This document shows, in pieces, positions 1-12,494 of a DNA stretch of 64,000 bases. The notes below the pieces were generated by a model, which was not told where the DNA came from, did no database searches, and saw only the letters and a program-made list of their open reading frames with translations. The position numbers and the translations under genes are program-made. The DNA comes from Hamiltosporidium tvaerminnensis FI-OER-3-3 (Eukaryota > Fungi > Microsporidia): contig JAKIMF020000001.1 of NCBI GenBank assembly GCA_022605425.2, forward strand, positions 2,046,001 through 2,110,000. Direction: 5' to 3'. Numbering within the stretch: the first letter of the stretch is position 1; each line of letters starts with the position of its first letter.

Positions 1-470
1 TGAAAGCAAATTATTTCATTAAATTATATATAATCTAGATATGTATTAGCACTGAAATTAAACATTTTGAGTATTACAACCAAATTAATGTAAAAATATT
101 ATCAAAAAACGAACTAGAGGATTGAAATGCAAACAATTAACAAAAAATAAAACAAAATGGTGTTTCGTTCTCGTTAAACAACCAATAATTTCTTATGTTT
201 CAATCTAATTATTATTGAATTTCAAATCTTGAAATTCATCTATTATATTAAATAGAAAATCAGTAATCTATGTATAAATTATACGGAATAATTATTAACA
301 TTTTATTTTGAGGATTTAATCAGAATTTAAATTAAAAATTGTGTTTTTTCTTTTTTTATTACTCATTGCAGTATAAGAGTTAAATCAATCTTCTTACAAT
401 GTTTAATAATATTTTAAGTTTTAAGTTTCAAAAATCTAAAAATTGTAAAGACTTGGTTAAATCGGTAACT

Positions 471-620
471 AATCATGTTCATATATGTATTAAGAAACAT
501 GAAGATAATTTTTAAATAATTACACAAATAAAATTGTAAATCCTAAACAAATCATGTTCATATATTTATTAAGAAACATGAAGATAATTTTTAAATAATT
601 ACACAAATAAAATTGTAAAT
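471..620. repeat. Two-copy direct repeat (~71-bp unit, 79-bp period) upstream of the ATPase gene
   Basis: AATCATGTTCATATAT(G/T)TATTAAGAAACATGAAGATAATTTTTAAATAATTACACAAATAAAATTGTAAAT at 471 and 550, one mismatch. Confidence 0.9.
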
Positions 621-699
621 TGATATCAATATTTTGATTTTTATTTTTTATTTATATATTTTTCAATATCAAATCTCAAAGAAGAAGCCCTACATTTCA

Positions 700-3684
700 A
701 TGAATATATCTTCTGAGCAAAAAAATATTAAAAGTGAAAGTTGCGATGCGAATTTGGTTCTTTCACACGAATATGACAAGAATATTATTAAATCTGAAAA
801 TAAATCTCATGAAATTTCGTTAGATCATTATTTTTCTACTGGACAAGAAAAAAAACCGCGAAAAGAGAAAATAAAAGATTCGAGGATCGAAGAATTTATA
901 TTTAGTGCATTGTTTTCTCCACTACAAGATAAACTTTCTCTTATTTTGTTGATTTCTTCTCTTTTGAATTTTCTTCTTGCTTTTTGTCAAAATTGCACCA
1001 AAGAAGATATTTTTGAATTTTTTAATTCTATTTCTGTCATTCTAATTTCATCTTTTCTTGAGGCGTTCCAAGACTATAAAAATGCACTTTTTTTAGAAAA
1101 ATCCCGTTTACTTCTCGCACCCAAAACGCTTGTCCTTAGAAATAAATTGTTAAATGAGGAAACGTATCTTTTTAAAAATGATATAATATATCTTAGACCT
1201 GGAGATATTGTCCCGACTGAATCTTTGCTTATTGAATCCTCAATATTTAAAGAAACAACCACCACTTTTTTAAGTATAAATGAAAGTGCAATTACAGGAG
1301 AAAGTCATTGTATTTTTAAAAAAGTCTTAAAAACTGAAAATTTTAAGAATCTTGATGAAATTTACATGCATTTACAAAAAAATTCTAATTTGGATACCGA
1401 ATGTACATCTGATACATTTTCAAATCCTTCTTCTCATGCCAATATTAAAACAAAATCTTCTCAAAATATTTCTATTTCAAAAGAAGAAGAAGAAAACGAA
1501 ATAAATGGTTGTTTAATGCGTGCCGGGTCTTTTGTAATCCATGGTTCTTCCTATGCTCTTGTTTTAACTGATATGGACAACAACTCTATTTCAGAATTAA
1601 GACAGAAACTAGAAAAATTACATTCACTGAAGAAAAGTTCGTTGCTTCTTACTACAAAGAAATGTGGAGATGTTCTTTCGATTTTTATTGCTTTTTTTTG
1701 TATTATTTTGTTCATCGTTGGAACTTTTAGGAGTGTTTTTGAATTTAATGTGTATTTCAAAGGAGATAGAAGAAATATCGGGGTTTTCAATTTTTTCGGG
1801 TCAATTTTTGTAGAATTATTGGCGAATTTTAAATTTTGTGTTTCTCTAGCTATTACAGCTATTCCAGAAGGTTTGGAATTGACAGCGAGACTCTGTTTAT
1901 CTTATATATCACAGAAATTACAGAAAAAAGGTGTTTTGATTAAAGATAGTCGTAGAATTGAATCGCTGAGTAAAATCACGACCATTTGTACTGATAAAAC
2001 AGGAACTCTCACTACAAATGAACATATCGTAAGTGAAATATATATTTTAAAAAATAAAAAACAAGAAATCGAGTCATTAAAAGTTTCTAATGCACTTGAA
2101 AATTCTGGTGTGTTTGAATCCGTAGATTTTGAAAAATATTTTGAACACAAAATGTCGAGAATGCTTTTCAAGTATTGCAATCATCTTATTGAAGTGGATT
2201 CAAAGCCGTTTGGTGATCCACTTGAATTGGCAATGGCAGATTTGTATTCGGATTTTGAATCAGATTCCTCAGAAATTTTACATGTTCGTGAAGAAATACC
2301 CGTTTCAGATTCTTTATTCTCAAAAACCGAGAATTCGAGTTCCTCGATTATTAAATTACCATTTTGTCCCGAGAATATGTTTATGAAAGTCAAGATTACA
2401 AATAACGATGGAAAAGAAATATTTATTGTCAAAGGTGCACCCGAAAATATTTTAAAAAACGCAACAGATATTTACATTTCAAATGGAGCAACCACTGACA
2501 TTATAAATATCACTGACACAATTAAAAATGAAATTTCTGATAAAATTAAATGTTTATCTGAAAATTCTTTTAGAATAATTGGTTGTTGTGTTCAGATAGA
2601 TAACAAAAATATATTTCATTCTTTAATAAGCTTTATAGATCCACCAAGAAATACTGTAGAGGAATCTATAAAATGGTGCCAAAATGAAAATATAAATATT
2701 ATTGTAATTACTGGTGATTCTCTTCTAACTACAAAAAGTATTTGTAATGAAGTAGGAATTATTGAGAATTCAAAAGAAGTATTTTTAAGTGGAATTGAAT
2801 TTTACAATATGAAAGAAATGGAATTTCAAGAAATTTTACCTCATTTAAAAATTATTTATCGAGCTGAACCTAAACATAAACTTAGATTGATTTCTTTGTT
2901 AAAGAAAAAAGGAGACTATGTTTTAATGTGTGGAGATGGAGTCAATGATGTTCTGGCAATTAAAGCAAGTGACTTTGGAGTTGGAATGGGAAGTGGAACA
3001 GAAATATGCAAAGAAACAAGTGACTGTATAATTAAAGACGATGATTTTTCCAAAATAGTAGAATGCATTCAAGAAGGTAGAACAGGATTACACAACGTGT
3101 TTTGTATTTTAAAATATTTATTGAGTTCAAATTTAGGAGAATTAATTTTAATAGGATTGTGTTATTTTAATAATATAAAACCATGCTTTAATTCCTATCA
3201 ACTTATGTTTATAAACATGTTAACTGATGGTCTTCCTGCTTGCTTTTTATGTTTTAATAAAAAAGGGAAATGTAAAGCAAATTATTTTACAATTATTAGA
3301 GGAATACTTATAGGATTTTATATAGGAATTGGTGGTTTTTTAGTTTACAAAAATACCCTTCAAAATATATTTTATAATACAAAAGTGCAAGAAAATCCTG
3401 GATTAGCCCTCACATTTATTTTATTTTCCGAAATGGTAAATTCTTTAAATAATATAGATTTGAATGAAAGTATATTTTTAACCTATCAAAATAATTTTAA
3501 GGTGGTAGGTTGTGTGGTTATGTGTGTTAGTATTTTAATTGGTGCTATCAAACATGGTAGAATATGTGGTTATATGGGAATTGAAAATGTTGATGTTTCT
3601 GAGGCTTTATTTGTGCTTTCATTATCTTTTGGAGTTTTGGTTATTGATGAGATTATGAAGGTTTTGAATAGATTATTATATTAA
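700..3684 (+). CDS. P-type IIA Ca2+-transporting ATPase (SERCA-like)
   Basis: TGES, PEGL, DKTGTLT, KGAPE and GDGVND motifs; M5 YLLSSNLGE and M6 INMLTDGLPA match SERCA rather than PMR1; first ATG at 700 preceded by CCC (688-690), whereas the ORF track starts at a TTG (634). Confidence 0.9.
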   Translation: MNISSEQKNIKSESCDANLVLSHEYDKNIIKSENKSHEISLDHYFSTGQEKKPRKEKIKDSRIEEFIFSALFSPLQDKLSLILLISSLLNFLLAFCQNCTKEDIFEFFNSISVILISSFLEAFQDYKNALFLEKSRLLLAPKTLVLRNKLLNEETYLFKNDIIYLRPGDIVPTESLLIESSIFKETTTTFLSINESAITGESHCIFKKVLKTENFKNLDEIYMHLQKNSNLDTECTSDTFSNPSSHANIKTKSSQNISISKEEEENEINGCLMRAGSFVIHGSSYALVLTDMDNNSISELRQKLEKLHSLKKSSLLLTTKKCGDVLSIFIAFFCIILFIVGTFRSVFEFNVYFKGDRRNIGVFNFFGSIFVELLANFKFCVSLAITAIPEGLELTARLCLSYISQKLQKKGVLIKDSRRIESLSKITTICTDKTGTLTTNEHIVSEIYILKNKKQEIESLKVSNALENSGVFESVDFEKYFEHKMSRMLFKYCNHLIEVDSKPFGDPLELAMADLYSDFESDSSEILHVREEIPVSDSLFSKTENSSSSIIKLPFCPENMFMKVKITNNDGKEIFIVKGAPENILKNATDIYISNGATTDIINITDTIKNEISDKIKCLSENSFRIIGCCVQIDNKNIFHSLISFIDPPRNTVEESIKWCQNENINIIVITGDSLLTTKSICNEVGIIENSKEVFLSGIEFYNMKEMEFQEILPHLKIIYRAEPKHKLRLISLLKKKGDYVLMCGDGVNDVLAIKASDFGVGMGSGTEICKETSDCIIKDDDFSKIVECIQEGRTGLHNVFCILKYLLSSNLGELILIGLCYFNNIKPCFNSYQLMFINMLTDGLPACFLCFNKKGKCKANYFTIIRGILIGFYIGIGGFLVYKNTLQNIFYNTKVQENPGLALTFILFSEMVNSLNNIDLNESIFLTYQNNFKVVGCVVMCVSILIGAIKHGRICGYMGIENVDVSEALFVLSLSFGVLVIDEIMKVLNRLLY

Positions 3685-3769
3685 ATAATGGTTTTCTTGG
3701 TTTTTCTATTCTAAATATTTTTTTGATTTTTATTAATAGATCTGATATAGATTGGATATTAAACATTTA

Positions 3770-4230
3770 AGCTTTCACTAATATTAATTAAAATTACTTT
3801 GCAAGAATCGCTTCAAATTTTTGAAACTGGAAAACTTCTGTTGTATGATATATCAGCCAATTGGTTGGGTCTTATTTATAAGTGTAGTGTTGCAATAATA
3901 CCTCATGCGAAATCAAAGATATTACTGCAACTAAATATTCTATAATGTCTTTTAAAAAGCTCCAAATATCAGAATAATATATATTTTAATATTATCTAAT
4001 CGATAATTCTTGAAAAAACACTCAAACATTTCTTTAGATTAATAAAAGATAAAGGTTCGGATCAAATGTTCTTAAGTCTGAGAGAATGCATCTAGAAAGT
4101 AACATATAGAACCGAAAAATAGAAACCGCATAATAACCCAAAGATAGAAATAATACGTGAATAGATTGCAGGAAACGAATAGTACATTACGAACCACAGA
4201 ATGTTTAAAAATGACCTGAATGAATAAATT
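3770..4230 (+). mobile_element. Heavily decayed 3' fragment of the R4/Dong-like retrotransposon family
   Basis: CAAGAATCGCTTCAAATTTTTGAAACTG...TTGGGTCTTATTTATAAGTGTAGTGTTG aligns by eye with ~36600-36700; ends approximate. Confidence 0.75.
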
Positions 4231-4344
4231 AACTTAACATCTAGTAGAATTCTTAAATATAAGATAGGTAAAATAAAATAGGAAGATAAAATAAAATCGA
4301 CAATTTCAACAGGAAAAAATAACTTACTTATAAATCAATTTATT

Positions 4345-4920
4345 TGTCCTTGACAATAAGCCCTTCACGATCTTTGACCTCCCACAGTAATGTTTGCTAC
4401 CGATATGTTTCCAGCGCAACATTCAAACAGTCTTCTACTCCTAGAAGTCGGGCGGTCTTTTCGAATTGATCCATCCAGCGAGTCTTGGGTCTTCCTATCT
4501 TTCTTTTCCGACTGGTATATGAGTCAAAACTTTGAAAGGTATGCGATGTTTCCCCATTTTTAGTAGGTGTCCTACTTAGCGGAGTCTGTTCAGACAGGAT
4601 AAGTCTACTATTGGCATATCCTTTAATTCGATGGAGAGTTCTTTATTGTATCATTTCCTCGCCCTGCCATTTTCTTCTTTAGGTCTATAAATACCTCTCA
4701 GTACTTTACTTTCGAACACCGCTAGTCTTTGCTCATCAGTCTTCTTCACAGCCCTAGATTCTGATCCATATATGAGAACAGGTCTCAGCAGCGTTTTGTA
4801 GAGCATGACTTTTGTCTTCCTAGTGATGAGCTTAGACTTAAAGTTCTTGAAGAGACTATAATAGCAGTTGTTCCTCGCCTGGATTCTTTTTTCAATTTCA
4901 TTAGGGCTTATGTTGTAAAT
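4345..4920 (-). mobile_element. 5'-truncated RTE-clade LINE remnant (RT C-terminal region and 3' end)
   Basis: EIEKRIQARNNCYYSL...TKVMLYKTLLRPVLIYGSES...LAVFESKVLRGIY and downstream GRPKTRW, typical of RTE; colinear with 23165-23720. Confidence 0.85.
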
Positions 4921-5311
4921 CAATGTATAATTATAAATTTTAATTTACTTACTTTTCTTTTCTCTTTTACCAATCAGTGTCGAGGATAACCAAATGAAAT
5001 TTTCATTCATTTCTTTTAATCTTTTATAACTCGGATTAATGGAGATTAGCCTATAGTCCGGTTTGGTTTATACCCTACCAGAATGGAAGTAATGATTAAC
5101 ATGAATTTTACATACTTATTACCGGGTAGAAAGTTTTAATATCGTTATTCTTCCTCAATTCTATATAATATAAGAAAAAAATAAAAGAACGCTTTAATTT
5201 ATAAAAAAAATATTCTTTTTTTAATTTGTTTAAAACTGGTCATTAGATTTTGTGATCTTATATACGATCTAAAAAATTAATAAATATTTAAAGGTAATTT
5301 CAATTCAAAAC

Positions 5312-6795
5312 ATGGGTAATCTATTTTTTTTTCTTCTTTCAATTGATTTTATATCAGTCAGATAGGAAACGAAATTATTCACCTGAAAATGATGATAATG
5401 ATGTTCCGTCTAAGTTGTGTTATTCATCAGAGATATAAATGAACAAAATAATTGAAATTCAACAAGAAAATACAAATTCAGACGATATTAGAGATAGGAT
5501 TGAAAAAAACTGGGGGACTGTACTTGAAAATATAAATAATTATATAAGAAGTGTGGAGGAGTCACGGAATCAAAAGCTTCCACAGTCTGAGGTGTATTCG
5601 AATGTTTCGAATGGACTAGGAATACTCACAAAGTTTTTTAATACCTACGGTTATGCACCCGAGCAGAACAAAAATCCTGAGTTCGAGATTTCTGTTGACT
5701 CATGGGACGAAAAAATATTTATAGATGAATTTAATGAGATGAGAGGCTATGTTAAAAATACAAATATTGGTCACCCAGAATTCTTGGATAAAATATTTAA
5801 TTTTTCAAGGAAATTAATATTGGTTGAACGAATATTGTTTCAATCTCTTACAAAGAGTGTTATCATAAAAACTATGAAAAAATTTGGATTTGAATACTTT
5901 ATTATTGAAATTTTAATCTAGAAAAATTATGTTTTACTTAAAGATTTAATCATCTTTGTGTATAAATACAGGGATAATTTTGAAATAATGTTAAAAGATA
6001 ACTTTGTTTTGTACATATTTTTTCAATTCGAAGTAATTATGGTGAAACTAGAAGAGGAAATCGCACACAAGCTAAATCCTCAAGACTTGGCTTTAATGTA
6101 CATCGAAAGAAATAGAATTCTTTGTAATCTGGAAAAAAAATTATTCATCTTAAATCATATATTTTCTCAGATTTTGTTTGTCATGAAGGATGGATATTTA
6201 ACTGCAAACACATATTTTGCAACAGCTTATTTGAATTATTTCTTTTGCTCACAAAACTGATATACGATAGTTACGGTCCGAATAATTTTGAATATTATGA
6301 ATGATCTGATATTTTCACTTAGTTTTTTTGTTATAGAAAATTTAAACGTCAATTTTTTGTCTTCAATACTTTCTTTTATAAAGAATATATTCAATGTAAG
6401 TTTTGGCGTTAATACTTTGTTAAGCAAATTTACACTTATCATGATTAAATACTCTGAACCCGATTTTTTATGGAAAATATTATAATGCTAAAAAAATACA
6501 CTGAACTCTACAACTCAGAAATAAAAGATAAATATTTTAAATAACATACAATAACCTCGCCAAATTGACCAATGATAAAGTTATCACACTAAAAAGTTTT
6601 GATATAAAAGAATGGGTGAGATTTTTGATTCAAAACCAAATGTGTTTTATTTTAAAAAACAACACTTTTTTCAATTATCGATTAGTCAAATCTTTTAAAA
6701 CTAATCTCAAAAGCAATATTTACACATCAATTGAGACAGAATTGATATATATTTCAAAGCTACTTGATAGAAATTTGTTTATAAATGATATTTGA
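5312..6795 (+). pseudogene. Fragmented lineage-specific gene, possibly secreted
   Basis: ORFs 5439-5921, 5958-6260 and 6288-6485 share one frame separated by single stops; 6565-6795 follows after a frameshift; hydrophobic N-terminus from ATG 5312 is shifted at a T homopolymer. Confidence 0.55.
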
Positions 6796-7552
6796 TATTG
6801 TTTTATATGTTTTCTTTCGAAATAAAGTATTTCCTATTTAATAATAAAAAAATACTTAAAGATTTGTTTTAATATGTATATTGAAATTAAATTCCTTCAT
6901 TAACAAGATTAGTCTAGCATCATAATATTTCTTTTATTTTTATCTTTTTTTCCACCTAATTAGGTATCATTTTATTTATACTAAATAATTCCGGAATGAT
7001 AGGATTTTGTAAAAATTATATCTCTTTTATTTAGCAATGATTCAGATTCGGGGTTTAGTTCGTTTAATATTAATATTTAGTTGAGTCGGAAAACGAAGAT
7101 CGTATTCAATACGGGTTTTATATTGATTGTTTGTGTCTACTTTTATATTACCGACTAGTATTATGATATATATGAGGAGAATAACTGCGTTTATAAACGC
7201 TTAATTTAAAATTGCGACCGATTTTTTATATTATCTTTAGAATAAAAGCTTTAAATCAATCAATTAAACTTAAAAATTTCCGCAAATTTTCAATACTAAA
7301 GCGTGAAATATATACCGCTTGTTAATTTATACTTTATGCTTTCTGGAATAAACTAATACCTTTTGTTTCTACTTATAATTCGCGAAAAGTGACCTAACAG
7401 AGTTTTATTTATTATTTAATTATTTATTCCATTCCCTGTTATTTCTAGATCTTGACGTTAACGGTTAGAAAATTAAAGTATCCTGTGGCTGGTCAAGGTT
7501 TTATCTTTTCTTAGGTCTATTTTTCCTTCAAAAGAGCTCGTGTTAAGGTTAG

Positions 7553-7775
7553 AATCGTCGAAAATACAGCCCTGCACGAGGCGTACGTCCGCGGTAATAC
7601 CCCCACTAGTCTTTTCCAGTGTGTTTTTTACTTTTTTGAGTTTCATAACAAGGTGGTTTTAAAGGGTGGGTCGTCAGTCTTACGCATAACTCCAACCTGG
7701 AGGACTAGTCCTTTTTAGTCGCCTCTTACGGCAAGCAGAATATACTCTTAACCATTCTTCCTCTGGCATGGTCAG
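7553..7775 (-). mobile_element. Bipartite RTE-derived non-autonomous element (SINE-like), copy A
   Basis: Reverse complement aligns end to end with 25982-26218 and 42550-42790; possible TSD GT(G/A)TTAAGGT at 7540-7549 and 7776-7785. Confidence 0.8.
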
Positions 7776-8134
7776 GTATTAAGGTGCCAAACCGTTTCAG
7801 CATCAACATTTTCTCCTATTTCCCATTCGAATCTCTTAATTTTATGTTAGATAAGCAATAGACCGATTCTTGAATAACTTCATGGGCTTCGAGACAGTTC
7901 CTTTGTTTCTTTAATCTTTTTAAATTCAAGATTATAGGTGATGGGGATAGATTATCATTGGTTTATCTTCCACCGAAAGTACAAACAATGATTTTTACGT
8001 GATAAGTCACACTTATTTCTAAGCAGATGGTTTTTGATAAGGTTATATTTTCTGGAAGATGGTTTTTCTGAGTATTCTACTTTAAAAATTGCAGTAGGTC
8101 TTTAAAAAAAAATAATCCATAATTCTCTTTATCC

Positions 8135-9206
8135 CAACTTGCAAAACTATATAAGGAAATAGAAAAACGAAAACTCCATTCAAAGTTATATAATGCAAGA
8201 AAAAATGAACTTGTGAGTGTTAGTGACTCTTCAAGATGGTTAAAGAGAGAGAATATTAGGCCGCGTGATGAAGCAGTGTTCTGCTATATCCAGGATAGAA
8301 ATGTATTCTGGGGAGCAGATGATATGTGTCAACATTGCGAATAGTCTGGTAAGACTGCAGATTATCTAGCAACTAGATGTGAAAAAATGCTAGGCCATGA
8401 CTACACTAGACGGCATAATGAAGTGGTTAGATGCCTACACCTACTTCTTCTAAATAGATATAAGTTTAGATCTTCAAAACGAATAAGGAGTCACTCAGTT
8501 CAAGAAATTCTTGATAATGAGTATACAGAGATAAGAGTGGACATCAGAATTAAAACTGATGTTAAAATTCGGAATAACAGACCGGACATATTTATTTTAG
8601 ACAGGAAAAATATTGAGATAAAAACTCATTGAAGTAGGAATCACTTCCCAAGATTCACTTCAAATAGTTGAAACTGAAAAACTTAGGAAGTATGACCTGC
8701 TAGCCAATGATTTGGGTCTTATTTATAAGTGTAGTGTTGAGATAATCTCTTATATGATGACCTGGGACGGTATTGTGACAAAATACCATAAATCTCATCC
8801 TAAAAGACTAGAAATACCCATGAATGTAGAGGCATACATTCAGTCTATAGTACTTAAGAAAACAGTCGAAACAATTTCCTTTGATCAATGAAGAGGACTT
8901 GAGTCAGCACTAAATGCCGAAGAGAGCTGGGAGAGAGCGTCAATGGGTGTTATTATGAGATCAGAGATGCATGAGGAACCAACACCCCCTTTAAAAGGAG
9001 AGAAGAGAGAGGAAGATGATGCAAAAAATTTTAAACCAAAAAATAAAGAACCCCTTATTTCACAAGGAGGAACCACTTTAGAGGAACCGACCAATAACAT
9101 AAATGAAGAGTCGGATTTGGAAGAAGAGACAATAGTGGTTAAAGAGGTAGAAGAAAACATATAAAAATGTTAAAAATATTTTAACCCAGAATTTTATTAA
9201 ATAAAA
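8135..9206 (+). mobile_element. 5'-truncated R4/Dong-like retrotransposon copy (zinc knuckle, RLE, 3' UTR)
   Basis: Near-identical to 36087-37160, including the terminal TTTTAACCCAGAATTTTATTAAATAAAA; carries stops and frameshifts. Confidence 0.95.
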
Positions 9207-11162
9207 TTTTTACGTTCATTTGTTGTTTTGAATTTATCTTTGAGCAGATATAAAATGAGAATATTTCTAAACAATTTTGACCTCAAATATGAGTTTTAAG
9301 GGTGATTCGTTGCGTTATACTATTACGTGTTGTTAATCTCGTTGAAAGAAGATCACTTTACTTTCATCAGAAAAATAGAGTATTTTATTGATTTATCACC
9401 TTAAACTTCCTAGTGTAAATAAAAATTTTAGATAATTAATTGAAGCTGTTCGGTCTCACTCGGTCCATTTACTCGTATATTTGTTGTTTTAAATATATGC
9501 ATTTCAATATTTTTAAGTAATTTCCTAATATAAATTTAATTTTTTTTTAATCAGAATATAGTGCTTTTCTGAGCTACTCGCTTTTAATATTTTTAGGACA
9601 TTAGGTCATTGTTTATTGTTTGTGCTGTTAGGCTTGATATTTATTTTTATTACATTCAACTTTCTTTTTGATCGGCACAAATTTATGTAAAGCATTTTCC
9701 TAGTCTAAAAAATACAGTTTTTGTGCCGACATGATGTATTTGATTAGTAAATAATTATAAATCTTCTTATTATCGTTATTGAAGCTTTTTTAATCTAATA
9801 GGGTACAATATTCCAAGATATTATTTAGAGTAGGCATTTTATTATACCAATACCAAAGATATAAATAAATCATCGAGGAAAAAGCGATGCCCATTAACTT
9901 TAATCTATAATGTTTATGCATCAGTACAAAAAAGCTTAAAAATATAATTCAAGTTGAGTGAAGTTCTCTGAATTTTTTTGAATTTTTAAAATCTCAATAG
10001 TCAAAACTGAAATATTTATCAATGCTATTCTTATTATATAAAAAAATCAGAAAGATTTTCATTAAAGGTATAGCGCCTAATTTTTTTAATCATTTAAACG
10101 TTTCAATTTGTGTTACATTTTATTTCTGCGAAGTGATATTTATTGTATAAAATTATCAATAACACAAATTAACTTTAATGGGTTCTATTTCTAGTCAGAT
10201 CACTTTATTTGTGTCTTACTTTTTTAAACCAACTAAAATTCCGAGGTGCATCGCCAGTGCATTATTATTCAATTATATAATAAATTTTAAATTCATTTTT
10301 ATTTAAGACTATAATAACGAAATTATAATCTATAATTATTATAGAATAAACTATGTTTTTTTGTTAATATATGATCATTATCTATTAAATACGCTTAAAT
10401 TTCAAAAAAAAATATTTTAGATTCGAGTCATTCAATCCTGTTTTGTTTCACTTAATATAAACAAATTTTTATGAACCAAGGAATAATTAGATTTTTTACA
10501 TATTTCAATCTATTGGATTAAGTGTAAGCAAACATTATCAAAAGTCTATTTTAATTCTTTTTAAGAAATAAGAATAATTTATTGATGAAGATACTTTGAA
10601 ATTTACTTTTTTTGTTGTATTTAATTATTTGGCAAAAACATCAAATTTTTGTGAATCTTTTAATAAGCATTTTTCTTTATGTAGAACACTTACCATTTAT
10701 TTGATTTTAAAAATTAATTTTGTAGCTATTTATCAAATTTATTCCGAAAATATCTCTTTCATTTAAAATATCATCTATAAATTGCTGAATTAATCCCATT
10801 TAATCATATTTTTAAAATACTTAATTATATGAAACATTTAGTACAACAGAAATTATTTATATAAGCATTTTACAGCTAAGTATATAGCAAAAATCTTCTC
10901 TTCGGATGAAATACAAAAATTTTTATTTTCAAATTTATAGTTTCTTTTCGCTTATTGAAAAAAATATTCAATAAAAATTTCATTATTCCCATTTTTTTAA
11001 TATAAAAAATTCTTAATTTTATAATTTAATAGCGACTATTCAAATTTAATTTTTGTATTTTTATAAAATTTTACTATGGAAAGTTCATTATTCTAAATTC
11101 CAAAATCTATTAAAAAATTTTATACAATTGAAATTTAAATAATCGAGATTACCCATTACGAA

Positions 11163-12494
11163 ATGGAATTTACTAAACTAGAAATAACGGAAAATATAAA
11201 ATATGTTTTAAATGAAAATGGATTTTCAAATTCAACTGAAGTACAGCAAAAAGTTATTCCTTTATTTCTTAAGAAAAAAGATTTAATAGTTAAAGCAATG
11301 ACAGGGAGTGGTAAAACGTTGTCTTTTTTGATTCCGATTGCAAACTTTTTAGATATAAATACATCGAAAGTGATTAAATGTATTATTATAGCTCCAACGA
11401 GAGAATTGGCAAATCAAATTGCGGAAGTGGTAAAAATGTTTAAATCTGTATCGTCGTATATTTTAATTGGGGGTGAGCCTATCGAAAATGATCTTAAAAT
11501 TATAGATTCATCTGAAATAAACACATTGATTGTTACGCCTGGCAGATTCAATGAAATAATTAATTTACGACCAGAAAAATTTAAAAGTGTAGAATATCTC
11601 ATTTTAGACGAAGCTGATAAATTATTGAGTATTGGATTTAAAGTATCGGTATTGAATATAATTTCTAAATTACCTAAAAACAGAACCACGTGTCTTTTTT
11701 CTGCTACGATAGATAAATCGATATTAAATTTTACAAAACTTAACTTAAAAAACCCAATTTCTGTTTCTATCAATTCAGATATAATTCCAGATAAATTAAA
11801 AATTTATTATATAAAAACATCACCAAAACATAAAATATCTTTGTTAAAAAATTTCTTAGAGAAGAAATCTATAATATTTTTTACAACTTGCGCACAGGTC
11901 GACTTTTTTTATGATTTATTTACAAAAATGAATATCAGTGGAATACTTAGAATACATAGAAAGGTAAAACAAATAGAAAGAAATAAAATTTATGAAGATT
12001 TTCATAAAACTGGTAGATGGTTATTCTGTACCGATGTAGCTTCGCGTGGTATTGATTTTAAAAATATATACACTGTAATTCATTATGATATTCCTGTAGA
12101 TCCACTAAATTTTTTTCACCGATCTGGAAGAACCGGAAGAAATGGAAATACCGGAGAGGTTTTTCTTTTTTTAATGGAAAACGAAATTAAATATATAAAT
12201 TATCTGAAAATAAAAAACATTGATACTGAAGAATATGAGTGTAAAGATACTTCTAAACGTACATCTAATATTGAAATAGATAATGAAATTACTGAGTTGG
12301 CTACAAAAGCAGTCATTTCTTATCTTAGATCGTATAAGGAACATACATTGTCTTATCTTTTAAACATCAAAGATTTAAACCAAGAAGAAATCGCACAAGC
12401 ATATTTTTTGAAAAAAATACCCGAAAATATTTTTTATACGAAAAATAAAAACAGATTTGGAATATACAAGACTGCAAAAAAAATTAAGAAATAA
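11163..12494 (+). CDS. SPB4: DEAD-box RNA helicase Spb4/DDX55
   Basis: GSGKT, PTRELA, DEAD, SAT and HRSGRTGR motifs; C-terminal SYLRSYKEHTLSYLL typical of Spb4; CCC at 11152-11154. Confidence 0.85.
   Translation: MEFTKLEITENIKYVLNENGFSNSTEVQQKVIPLFLKKKDLIVKAMTGSGKTLSFLIPIANFLDINTSKVIKCIIIAPTRELANQIAEVVKMFKSVSSYILIGGEPIENDLKIIDSSEINTLIVTPGRFNEIINLRPEKFKSVEYLILDEADKLLSIGFKVSVLNIISKLPKNRTTCLFSATIDKSILNFTKLNLKNPISVSINSDIIPDKLKIYYIKTSPKHKISLLKNFLEKKSIIFFTTCAQVDFFYDLFTKMNISGILRIHRKVKQIERNKIYEDFHKTGRWLFCTDVASRGIDFKNIYTVIHYDIPVDPLNFFHRSGRTGRNGNTGEVFLFLMENEIKYINYLKIKNIDTEEYECKDTSKRTSNIEIDNEITELATKAVISYLRSYKEHTLSYLLNIKDLNQEEIAQAYFLKKIPENIFYTKNKNRFGIYKTAKKIKK

Noticed and set aside
5439-6485. Stop-codon reassignment or readthrough
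   Set aside because: All three stop codons interrupt the frame, frameshifts also occur, and conserved genes end normally in TAA or TAG
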